The position numbers and the translations under genes were made by a program. This document shows, piece after piece, positions 53,201 to 64,000 of a DNA stretch of 64,000 nucleotides (position 1 is its first letter; the number at the start of each line of letters is the position of its first letter). The notes under the pieces are model-generated. The model was given only the letters and a program-made list of their open reading frames with translations. It searched no databases and was not told the origin of the DNA. The stretch spans positions 75,394,001-75,458,000 of the forward strand of contig CM052816.1 in NCBI GenBank assembly GCA_028534125.1, in the 5' to 3' direction. The stretch comes from Lama glama (lineage: Eukaryota).

Positions 53201-55502
53201 ACCATGGGACGTTGGGAACACTCCACTTCGGGTCCTATCTTCTCTCCACTGCCCTAGTCACGGTGGAGACAGATGATGGGGAAAGCTTTGGGTGCTGTTT
53301 TTACTTTATTATCTGGTCCCTAGCACAGCTGTGGTACCTCACTGGAACCTGGCCTAATGGATTTCTGCAGTCAGATAATTATTCACAGGACTTATCTTCA
53401 TTGAGCACATGCTGGGGAGAAAAATAATAGCAGGATACAGGAAACACTATCTGCCTCAAATTCAAAATTGACTTGCAAAGACTAGATTCTGGTTCATGTT
53501 ATGAAAGGGAAATGAATGATGTACCTTTCATTAGTATGAATACATTTGCTGAGCCCTACCCCATAACATCATAACCCTACATCAGAAAATGCAGGTGTTC
53601 CATACTGCTTTCCAGTGATGGAGATGGGTAATAGTCTCAGGCATATTATCTCTCTTGGTCCTTGTTGAGACCAATGGTATGCATTTGTGCCATGATACTG
53701 AGGGAAGAAATCCCATCTCTATTTGGGCTTATGCGTTATGACCCCAGGTGACCTCTGCTAAAGCATAGGACTATAACCTGGAAGGGAGACATGCTGACCC
53801 ATTGACCCCCAATGACAATTTAGCAGGTTTGATTAAGATCAGGTAGTTTGCACCCAAAGCCATAAAGAGAGGCAAGATTTTCTGATAAAGGAGGAAATTA
53901 AGAAAGATATCTTAGAAGTTCAGATCTTTGTAGGCTGTAAACTAAGGACACTATACACTTAGCACCTATCACACCAGGTCTAAGTGCCTAAGTAATGTTT
54001 AGAGAAAAAGGACTAGAAGTCCAGAAGGAGGGAAACCATAGGGAGAAGTTGGGAGGAATGACAGTGATGACAGAAAAGTTAAAATAACGTCTCAGGCAAA
54101 TCCTGAGTGAAGCTCATTTTTTTATTTGAATGTAAACTATGGGGAATTCAAATGATCTTAACCAGAGTAAATACTGATCAGACATATTACTTGAAACCTT
54201 TATGTAGACTTTTTAAAGAGTCTTAAAACAGTGAACATTCTGTAGCCAACCTACCTGAAGTTTTGATTCATCCTTTTCAAATGGAAGAGTAGGACTACTG
54301 GCCTATAAACTATGAGCCCATGGTCACTTGTTCTATCAGTATTTCCCATGGTCAGTGCTAGGGAGCTAATCCCTTGCAGAAATAGCCTTCCTCCCCACTG
54401 CTAATTTCCCATTTTGGTCACTTCCCATCCCTATTAATGACCTCATGTTTCAATCCAATCACAATTCGAAAAACAAAAGCAACACTGGCCCGTATACTCC
54501 AGCATTTCTTGTTGCTATAACTGTCTTCCTCAAGTTGTGAATAAGGTGAGAATATCTTCGCCAAAATCATTTGGAAAATAAAACTGTTTTTCTTCTAAAG
54601 TCCTGATCCATGGATAAAGTATCAGTTATATTAGAAAATCCCCGTTTGAAGGAATGCTTTTCAGATAGTGGGTAAAATTAAATTTGTTTTGCATTTATAC
54701 CTTCAACTGGATGTTCAAACCTATTTCTACTTAATTTAGTCTTTCCATAATATTGTAATGCCTGTTTTCAGAGTGACTCCAAACAGCAGTAACATACGAA
54801 GTTCAGTCACGAAATGGGTGATGGTACACAGAGGAGAAAAATTCCTAATAGTCTCAGTTTTCCTAAATTAATGAATGCCTTCCAAATTTTGGGTGATTAC
54901 TAAGAAAGGAAAGAACAAAAATGACTGAATTTCATCCCTCAACTGGCAAATGAGTTCGTTATACAGACACTATTCATAGACACACACCATCTTAAAAATG
55001 GCCCTTTAAATTGTCCCGGAAGACTCAGACTTCCTGCCCGCTCTGTGTGGCTGGCGGTGCTCCAGGAGAGGGAAGCAGTGGAACAGAGGTCCTTCCCGAG
55101 GAGGACAGGAGGACGTGGCAGGAGGTGGAATGTGAGGGCGGCTGGGTTTCAGGGGGTGAATTCCTCCCTGATCTCCCCTCCACAGCACAAATTGAGCTCC
55201 TGTCCCATTCAAATGACTTCACGCAGCTTCTACCACCTTGGAGTGTGACTGTAGACCTTATAAATTGCCTCTTTGCTACAATTTTATCCCTCCTCATTTT
55301 CTGACTGGCCTATGCCCCCTCCGCCCTGCCCACCTGAGTTCTTCAATGCTAGTTTTGTGAAACACACTACAGGAAAGTGGATTTTGAAAGGAAGGAAGGA
55401 CAAAAGAAGAAAGAAATGTGGGTGGGATAGAAAGAAGGAAGGGGAAGAGAAAGGAAAAGAAGAGAAAGAAAGAATTTGCTTGCTCACTTACATACTGACA
55501 GA

Positions 55503-55505
<3 letters not shown>

Positions 55506-55535
<30 letters not shown>
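55506..55535. repeat. (TG)n microsatellite
   Basis: Seen directly; about 15 units. Confidence 0.95.
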
Positions 55536-55538
<3 letters not shown>

Positions 55539-55959
55539 GTGGTACTTTTTCTCACCCCCCAAGAATGTCTTGCTTCTTGTAGCATTTAGCATATTTCATT
55601 CAATGGGATGTTTTAAATTCAGTTTTTATATGTTCCAAAAGCCTGTCAGAAGCACAGAATTTGAAAAGTGTTATGTAACTGAGTCAAGAAACTGGGTTTT
55701 TGTGAATGCCAGAGCAGCTTACCACTTAGTAACTGCTTTATTTGCCCAGACTGAAAATTTAAAAGATATTCAACTTGAGTTTAGAGTTTATATTAAGCTC
55801 ATAGTAGAATAAAAACAAAATGTTAGCCTGAATTACTTTCGGAAAAATAAATAAATAAATGCTAGGAAACTTTGGCTGTCACTTATGAATAACCTAGAAA
55901 TTATTATTTCATAAGTGGATAATAAACAGACACATTTAAAAAATTACTTCTTCCCCTTC

Positions 55960-56177
55960 GGGGCTTAAGTTTCCAGCTGGGAGTGGTTTGCTCCCTAGAG
56001 GACGCTTGAAAATGTGTGGAGGAGGTTTTTGATTGTCATAATGACTGGGGACAGCCCCAGGCACTGAGGATGCACAGGCCAGAGATGCCAAATAACCCTC
56101 AGTGCATACAAGATATTCTGGCTTAACGAAGAACTGTCACATCACAACGCCAACAGCACCCCTCCTGAGAACCATTG
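55960..56177 (+). mobile_element. MER20-family hAT-Charlie element
   Basis: tttgctccctagaggac...tttttgattgtcataatgactgggg...ggccagagatgccaaa...gaagaactgtc...tgagaaccattg. Confidence 0.7.
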
Positions 56178-56541
56178 GTGTCCCTGTTCTTTACAGTTGT
56201 GACATATGGGAGATATTAGGAAATTAGAATGCATGGTTTCCTAACTTTTTGTTTTAAACAGTGCAGCCTCAGGCCAATAAAATGAACTAATTAGGAAACA
56301 GAAACTTCAGAAACTTCCTCTTCCTAAAATTATAGTTAACACCCACCGTAAGGATTGCTAATTTAAATTCTCAAGGGGTGCGCCAAGGGGTTTGCTTGGT
56401 TTTGTGTAAGGTGGTAATGTGCTGGAAATTGCCCATCTTATTATGGGAAAATAGTGAGATTACCTCAGAAAACAAAAGATTTCCTGTAATTTCAAGGGCT
56501 CAAAACTGGGACAACTGTGGAGGCTTCATAGTGTTGGACCT

Positions 56542-56826
56542 ACAGAGGCAAACTCACAGACATGGAAGGCAGACTTGTGGTTGCCGGCAGTGGGGAGTGG
56601 GGAAAGACTGGGAGTTTGAGATTTGCAGATGCTGGCTGGTAGATACAAAATGATAAACAACTGGTTTGTGCTGTGTAGCACAGGGAACCGTATTCAATAT
56701 CTTGTAGTAATCTCTGGTGAAGAAGAATATGAGAGCGAATATGTGTTTCTATGTGACTAGGGTGTGCAATGTGTTGACACAACATCGTAAACTGACTGTA
56801 CTTCAATAAAAATTATTTTTTAAAAA
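56542..56826 (+). mobile_element. Young L1 3' end with marked A>G excess
   Basis: Colinear with other L1 3' ends in the window; TSD atagtgttggacct (56528-56541) / atagtgttgaatct (56827-56840). Confidence 0.88.
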
Positions 56827-58259
56827 ATAGTGTTGAATCTGAAAAACAGAATCTAAAATTAAAGTTAGCCCTGTTAAGAGCCCAGACATCACTGCTTACA
56901 TTGATGATGGAATAAACCTAAGAGACTAGAAATCCATACATACACCAAGGCACAGAGGGTAAAATAAGCCATGTATTTAGTTCAGTCTTGGCCAATTAAA
57001 CATGTTTATCCTTTTCTTTCCTCCATTAATCAGAACTAAGTTGCATTCATGGTTTTAAAATTTCATCAAATGTTTAATTTAATGGTTTTTAATATGGACT
57101 AAGTAACTTTTTCAGGTCCATTAGAGCATTATTCCCTAAAGGCAGGAACAATTCATTACATTCTTTTTTTTTTTAAAGCTTTTAAGATGGAGCTTCTCAT
57201 CTGTGATAGTGACCCAGACTCCAGTTCTTTATTGCTGAACAATAACTCATGACTCCCTTGGTTACCCTCACTGTTTATGTTTAGACATCGTTACTTTCAT
57301 TCAATAAGTCTCTAGCTTTAAAGCCTGTTTAATATAAATAGATCCCTTGTGAATGTTCAAAAAAGTTTTTGCAAATCCTTAGGGTGAGCTTCGGTTTTAG
57401 TCCTGTATTTCTCTGTTTTCAATTTTTTGAATTATTGCTGGAAAGTAAAGAAGAGAAAAAAATTGTTTGGCTTTGAACTGAGTTTACGCTATTATGTTAC
57501 AGTCAGTTGAAATATACTTTAGTTTTGTGTTAGGAAACTCTCTGGCATTACCTTAAATTATCCTCACAACAGCCACCTGGGTTCAGTGATATTATCCCCA
57601 AACTACAGCACTGGAGTACTTGAATGACTGGAATATCTAACTTTTGGAAAGGGACAGATCTGCCTGCTAGCTTGAAGCTTTTCCAATAATAGTACATTAT
57701 CTTCCTACTTTCATTTAAATGTGATAGCTTCATATTTTATTTAATAAAAGCATTGAAGTCATGAGACTACTATAATACAGAGACCTGAACCAAAAAAAAA
57801 ACATTGAATAAGGGACAGAATCCTTCTCTAGTCCATGCAGAAAAAAGAAATTTATAAAATTTGACTTTACAGATCTCCTTTGGATATTTAGTTTCTGTAA
57901 GGTAATACAAAAATAATGGTTTTCAAATTTGTTTGAACTTTAAATCAAAATTTGGATGATATCACAAATATGTTATTGTAGAGTGACCAGAGAAATAAGC
58001 AATTTGAAGTTTTGCTTGTGACAACCATCTTTCTGGTATTTTTCTTCATTTTTTTCAGAATCACATCAAATTTTATGATTTGGTAGAAACACAGTGCTGT
58101 ATAAAAAAAAAAGTTAATGTTTATGTAAAATATTTTCCTATATAAAGTTTTGAATTTGATTTAAATGTTTTTATGCTGACAATATTAATGCATTTTTTTT
58201 AAATCATTGTATTTGTCAAAGAAAAAAAGGAGATTAAATAAATGAAAAGAGAAAAACTA

Positions 58260-58650
58260 GCATTAAAACGGTGGACTTCAAGTTTTGATGAAAACATAAG
58301 CAGAGAAATGGAAGGGGTGCTGGACGTTAAAATGGGAGAGATTGTTTTACTTTGTTTTGGGTTTAAGATGGGAATAATGAGAGCATGCATATGTGTTGAT
58401 AGGAACCATTTAACACTAAGAGAGAATTTGGTAATTAACAAAAGAGAAGGGAGATAAATCAGAGGAAACTTCCTGATTAAGCAAGAGCAGATGGGATCTT
58501 GTGCATGTGTTGGCCTTAGATGGGAGAATAGGCAGTTAAAACCATCAACAGCAGAGAGGGCTGAGTATGTACACACAGTTGCAGATGTGGGAATAGGTAT
58601 GGTGGTAGTTGTTTGTGCACATTCTTTGCTGATGTTGTCTGTTTTCTTAG
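58260..58650 (-). mobile_element. L2 fragment
   Basis: Resembles the L2 segment at about 30900-31240 (tttaagatggga...gggatcttgtgcatgtg...tggccttaga). Confidence 0.55.
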
Positions 58651-59064
58651 TGGTAACTGCCTTACACTTAGAGAAGCCTGCTCTCAGACACTTTATTTAT
58701 ATGGAAGTCTAATACCATTCGAAGTTTGAAGTATTACTTGCTATTTGTTGTGTAACAAAGTTGAAATCCTTGATTTAAATTGCAGAAAGCCTAGCTCATT
58801 CAGAGAACAACAAAAAAGCCAAGATGGACTTGGGTCCAACCCCTTGGGGGGTGGGTATAGGATCACGTCCCACAGATAATTAAGTCATGAGGCAACTGTT
58901 CCTTTACCCACTTGTAAAACCTGTTCCATTTTACCAAGGAATTGGTTGGCCTTCCGCTTCACTAATAACAGCTCACAGGTGCAGAAGTTTAGGAAAAAAG
59001 AAGCTTCCTGTGGAGTGTGCTGTTGTTGGCAAGATATCACTAGAGGTATGATATCTTACATCTT

Positions 59065-59172
59065 AATATATGTATGTATATGTGTAACTGAACTATTATG
59101 CTGTACACCAGAAATTGACACAACATTGTAAACTGACTATACTTCAATAAGAAAAACAAAAAAGAAAAAAAA
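59065..59172 (+). mobile_element. Very short young L1 3' end with polyA
   Basis: tgctgtacaccagaaattgacacaacattgtaaactgactatacttcaataa followed by an A-rich tail. Confidence 0.85.
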
Positions 59173-60078
59173 ACTATGATACTGGCATAAAAACAGAAAC
59201 ATAGATCAGTGGAACAAAACAGAGAGCCCAGAAATAAATCCATGCTAGCACATCAATTCACCTACAACAAAGGAAGCAAGAATACACAATGGGGAAAAGA
59301 GCCTCTTCAATAAATTGTGTTGGGAAAACTGGGCCACCATGTAAAAGAATCAAACTGGATTACCTTCTCACACCATATACAAAAATAAACTCAAAATGAA
59401 TTAATGATTTAAATGTAAGACCTGGAGCCACCAAACTCCTAGAAGACAATATAGGCAGTATACAAAAGCAAAAATGAACAAATGGGATGACCTCAACCTT
59501 AAAAGCCTTTTCACAGCAGAGAAAACAATCAACAAAGTGAAAAAGCAGCCTATGGGAGAATATTTGCAAATGCTTTATCTGATAAGGGGTTAATATCCAA
59601 AATATACAAAGAACTTATACAACTCAACACAAAAAAAGTGGGCAGAGGACATTTTTCCAAAGAAGACACAGATGACCAAAAGACATGAAAAAATGTTCAG
59701 CATCACTAATCATCAGAGAAATGCAAATCAATGAGATACATCCTCATACCTGTCAGAATGGCTGTTATGAAAAAGACAACAAATAACAAGTATTGATGAG
59801 GACGTAGAGAAGAGGGAGCCCTCCTAGACTGTTGGTGGGATATAAATAAGTACATCCATTATAGAAAACAATATAGAAATTCATCAAGAAATTCAAAATA
59901 GAACTGCCATATGATCAAGCAATTTCACTTTGGGGTATTTACTTGAAGAAAAGTAAAATGCTATTTGAAAAAAAATATGCACCCCAATGTTCATAGCAGT
60001 ATTATTTAAAATAGCCAAGATATGGAAGCAACCTAAGTGTTCATCAGTAGATGAATGTATAAAGAAGATGGTATAAAC

Positions 60079-60114
<36 letters not shown>

Positions 60115-60575
60115 AAATATTAGTCAGCCATTACAAAAAAGAAATTTTGCCATTTGTGACATGAAGAATAGACCTAGAGGGTATTATGCTAAATGAAATA
60201 AATCAGACAGGGAAAGACACATACTGTATGATATCACGTATACATTGACTCTAAAAAATCAAAACAAAGCAAAATGAAAAGAGATTTATAGACAATGAGA
60301 GCAAATAGGTGGTTGCCAGTGGGGAGAGTCTGGGAGATGAGGCAAAATAGATTAAGAAGATTGAGGTGCAAACCCCAAGTTATAAAATAAATAAGCCATG
60401 GGGATGTAATATATAGCACAAGGAATATGGTCAATAATATTATAACAACTATGTATGGGGACAAATGGTTAACAGATGTAATGCAATCATTTCATAATGT
60501 ATACAAATGTCAGATTACTTCATTACTTCTGAAAATAACATAATATTGTACATCAACTATGTTTCATCAAAAAAA
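59173..60575 (+). mobile_element. Older L1 (L1MA9-like): degraded distal ORF2 and 3' UTR
   Basis: tactggcataaaaacagaaacatagatcagtggaac...agcccagaaataaatcc...ggaagcaacctaagtg...tataaaataaataagccatggggatgtaat. Confidence 0.9.
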
Positions 60576-60579
60576 TTAG

Positions 60580-60722
60580 TGATTAACCATTTTAACAGAA
60601 TAAAGGAGAGAACCACATGATCATTGCATTAGATGCAGCAAAAACATCTAAAATAAATCAACATTAATTCATGATTGAAAAAACTCTTAGAAAATAAGAA
60701 TAGAAGGTAATATCTTCAACCT
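60580..60722 (+). mobile_element. Separate old L1 ORF2 fragment from the RT region
   Basis: aacagaataaaggagagaaccacatgatcattgcattagatgcagcaaaaacat resembles the NHMIISIDAEKAFD-coding stretch. Confidence 0.7.
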
Positions 60723-60984
60723 TTTTGTGTTTGCACTGTTGAATGTTGGCAATACTAACTAAAATTTAGTATGTAGAAGAGAATCAGATCTGGAGGGAAA
60801 ATCATTTGTTTGATTTTTGAATACATCTGGCTTTGAGGGCATCTAAGAACAGATTCCAAGGGGAGAGTTGGTTGATAGTTCTGGAGGTTGTAGACACGTG
60901 TGAATAGAATGATAAATGTGAGTGTCATGGCTGGCAGGAGGTTACTGAAACAATGTCACAGATGAGGTTGCACAGTGACTTCAT

Positions 60985-61215
60985 AGCATGGTGTTCAGGA
61001 ACATGTACTTTGGAATCTCACTGCTTGAGTTATACCTAGCCTGTAACATTTTGATCCTGGGCAAGAAATTCTTCTCACTTTACTTCTTTAATATTGGGAC
61101 AATGGTGTACCAGCCATAAAGATACATCTACCTGATGGTACACTATGTGAGGATGTTATGAGAATTAAGGGAATTTTATGTGTAAAACATCTAGAAGATG
61201 GCCTGGCATATACTA
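60985..61215 (+). mobile_element. MIR SINE
   Basis: tagcatggtgttcagga...gatcctgggcaag...gatgttatgagaattaag...gcctggcata. Confidence 0.65.
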
Positions 61216-61451
61216 CCTTTGTAATTTTATGATTTTAAAAACTTCTATAAATTTATAGTTTTTGCTGTCACTGCTGTTATTTTGAGAGAAAGATAATAGA
61301 ATGAAAATATGGAGAGGACCTGGAACCAAGTTCTTTGATTTAGAATTTCCATACTTACAACACTGTTTTTGTATCATTATTATAAAAAATTCTGTCTATT
61401 TCTTAAATGTTGAGTTCAAAAATATCTTTTCTCTAGTTTTTACTTCCCCAC

Positions 61452-61900
61452 CTTTTAGGTTGTGTTCTCCCAACAGCAGATCCTGAGACAAGGAGGTGAG
61501 TGCATGTAGTTTACTTGGGAGGTGATCCCAAGACACATTGGTAGGGCAGCTGGGAATGAGACAGGGAAAGGTGGATTAAGCCAACATCCATCTGGATTAT
61601 CACCCTGGTTAGCAGTGTGGGCAAATGTGACTTAATTCCACCCAGATCTCTAGGGGACAATGTGGAACACATTTTGGAATTATTTCAACTGAGAATAGGG
61701 AAAATGAGAATAGCTTTTTACCAACAGCATCAACTTTCTGGCATTTCTGACCTGCCTTTTGCATAGGCTATGAGTTTTCCCAGGGTCAGTAAAGAGCCCT
61801 CAGGCAGAAAGTAGCAGAGATTTCACTAAGCAGGCTTTGGTGTGCAGAGGTAAACTAAGGCAATATGGCAGGCCACCCACATCTATATCTACACCCACAG
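61452..61900 (-). mobile_element. ERVL solo LTR, LTR33/LTR41-like
   Basis: gcagatcctgagacaagga...gtagtttacttgggaggtgatccca...gagacagggaaagg. Confidence 0.7.
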
Positions 61901-62769
61901 TCCAGACAGGAGATACACTAAATAATAATGGTCTAGGTCAGTAACTAGTCTTGTTGTTCCCAGAAGCTTTATAAATCAAAAAGAACTTTTTAAAAATATA
62001 TATAAAGCAACTAAGTTGAAGAAATTCTACTTTAAAAGCCTAACACATTACTATGAAATACCATACAAGTTTTAAAAGGGCCAAGGACAAGAATTTTTTT
62101 AACGTAATGGATCAGCAAGTGAATAGTTACTTGTAATGCCTGTAATGCTACAAAACAGGAGAAAAGCAGTGCACTCATAAATCATAAGATGTGTCAACAT
62201 AAAAGTCATTCAGTCCATATATTTTGTAAATAACATTTCGTCTAGTTGTTTGCCTGAAGTCTAAGTAACTTCCTGTTCCATCAGTCATTAACACAATGAA
62301 TCCTTGATATGCTGTAAGTAAAATATGTTCCATTATCTGCTGTCCTTAATAAAACCAGGCTCTCTTCTGACCTTTCCCTGCTCATAGCTGCTACTCACCA
62401 AGTTTACCAGAAGGTCAGGAAGTGGAAGTTGGTGTTCTTCCCTGTCTCCTGCGTTCCGGACTCCCTCCCTTTTTCTAGACCCTAATACTTGCACTTCTTG
62501 TAAAATTCTTGTAAAATCCTCTTCTGTGGATTAATTCAATCTCCAGTCCCACCATTTTGTTTTTAAGGCACTCCTTTTCCCACTTCCTTTGGGAAACCTT
62601 CCTGATTCTAGATTCTCTGCCCCTGCACTGCCATCCTGTACTTCTCCTTCATTACACTGTTAGTGACTATTATTAAAATTCCAAACGTACCTATCCATAT
62701 TAACTGTCAGTACTGGAGATGGCCTTCTCAGTTCTAGCAATTTACATTTTTTAAAATTTGATTTTCAAG

Positions 62770-62930
62770 AAAACTAAATTTATTCCAAGTTTACAGATGA
62801 AGAAAATGAGGCTTTTCAAGGTTAAGAAATTTGCCGATACCACAGTTAGAAGGCCTTGAGCCAGTCCAGTATCAAATCCAAGAAGCAGAACTCCAGAACT
62901 TTCTCTTCCACCTGTACTCCTCCACTGCCT
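62770..62930 (-). mobile_element. MIR SINE
   Basis: tttacagatgaagaaaatgaggct...aggttaagaaatttgcc...cacagttag. Confidence 0.7.
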
Positions 62931-63469
62931 CCATAGTATTCTAATTTGTTTTATCATTATTGTTTATCCTCTTGAAAGATTCCAAGCTTTGTGAAGGAAG
63001 GGACCGTATCTACATTTCCACATGGGTAGGTCCTAGACCCATGCTTGACACATAACAGGAGTCTGATTTATATTTGCTAAAGAAATGAATGAGTAAGTCA
63101 GTCAATACCCTATCCTGTATTGTTAAAAAAAGATGGTCGATAGGTTGGTGATGGGTCAGTAGTTTTATTTTCCTGTGATAAAATCAAGCATATTGATCAA
63201 AATGGAGCCACAAAAATAAACTACTTAGCAATAACCCGGAGCACATAATGTTCTCAGACTTTTTTTTTTAACTTTCCATTTATATGTAAAGGTCTCAATT
63301 TCGACTGGTTGAAAGAAGGACAGTTTCAATTAATGAAATATCCTTAAAGAAATAAAATTTTATTACTCAAGTGTATAGTGCAATAAACCAAGTCAATAAG
63401 ATGTGCTTCATGGATATGTACTTCATGAATAAGTTAATTATAATTTGCTTTTCCAATAATTTTTTAAAA

Positions 63470-63850
63470 CATCAACACACATGCCCCAGATTATGCTAAG
63501 CATTATAGGGAATATGAAAGAAGGAGAAGCTCTAAACTTGCGTTCATAAGTACTTTACAATCTAGTTTGATGTATGAGACAATGGATGGGCAGAAAAGAA
63601 AATCTCTAATCAAGTGACATGTTGCATGATGCAGCTTACAATGCTGTAGATATCCTGAGTGGAGCATCTTCCTGAAAGCTGGAGAAGTCAGGAAAGTTTA
63701 GAGAAGGAAATGATGTTAGCTGAGAGATTATAAACTTTTCATGAGTAGAGATGAGGGAATTTTAGGAGAAGTACAGGGAAGGGTAGAGAAATGAGCTAAC
63801 AAGTAGGAAGTTAATGAATAGAACAGAAAGGCAAGTTCCTTTCCTTTTTG
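63470..63850 (-). mobile_element. Degenerate L2 fragment
   Basis: tatgctaagcattataggg...tttacaatctagt...agtcaggaaag...gaaggaaatgatg. Confidence 0.5.
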
Positions 63851-64000
63851 TGCTATAAAAACAATTTGTGATTGGAAAGAATTACAGTTTGCATTCTATT
63901 AAAAACAACGGGCTGGTTGATGGAAGACAGTGACCACCACTCTGAGCATTTAGCCTAACGTAAGACCTAATAGAGAATCATTGAAGATTAAGAGCAAAGT

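Noticed and set aside
55273..55812. Longest ORF in the track (179 aa)
   Set aside because: Runs through a purine tract and a (TG)n repeat; no recognisable domain; non-ATG start.
55988..56007. CTCF-like motif within MER20
   Set aside because: About three mismatches in the core; too weak to call.
21520..64000. C6 coding exons or a novel multi-gene system
   Set aside because: No complement-like (TSP1/LDLRA/MACPF) or other recognisable coding sequence found; the short ORFs are consistent with random or repeat-derived frames.

Overview
AT-rich, repeat-rich mammalian genomic DNA, probably camelid judging by the young L1 3' ends and the absence of Alu, Bov-tA/BovB, CHR or PRE-1 SINEs. The only coding sequence I can support is the terminal coding exon of PLCXD3 (+ strand, 14958-15111, ...ALPAMMQWVRTQKPGESGINIVTADFVELGDFISTVIKLNYVFEEGEANT*), which the ORF track misses. 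Positions 1-14957 are its last intron, and about 15112-21520 is a long 3' UTR with several AATAAA signals. The remainder is intergenic; recalled human synteny puts C6 next, but no C6 coding exon is visible. Most other sequence is L1, L2, MIR, ERVL/MaLR LTR and hAT/Tigger relics, whose family names and boundaries are by-eye estimates. I found no new gene system. The most unusual items are an L1 copy with a strong sense-strand A>G excess (possible fossil of ADAR hyper-editing), a palindromic MER53 and a separate 75-nt hairpin in the 3' UTR, an L1 3' transduction, a twin-primed L1 inversion, two L1s truncated at almost the same point, and motif-dense candidate enhancer and CTCF sites.
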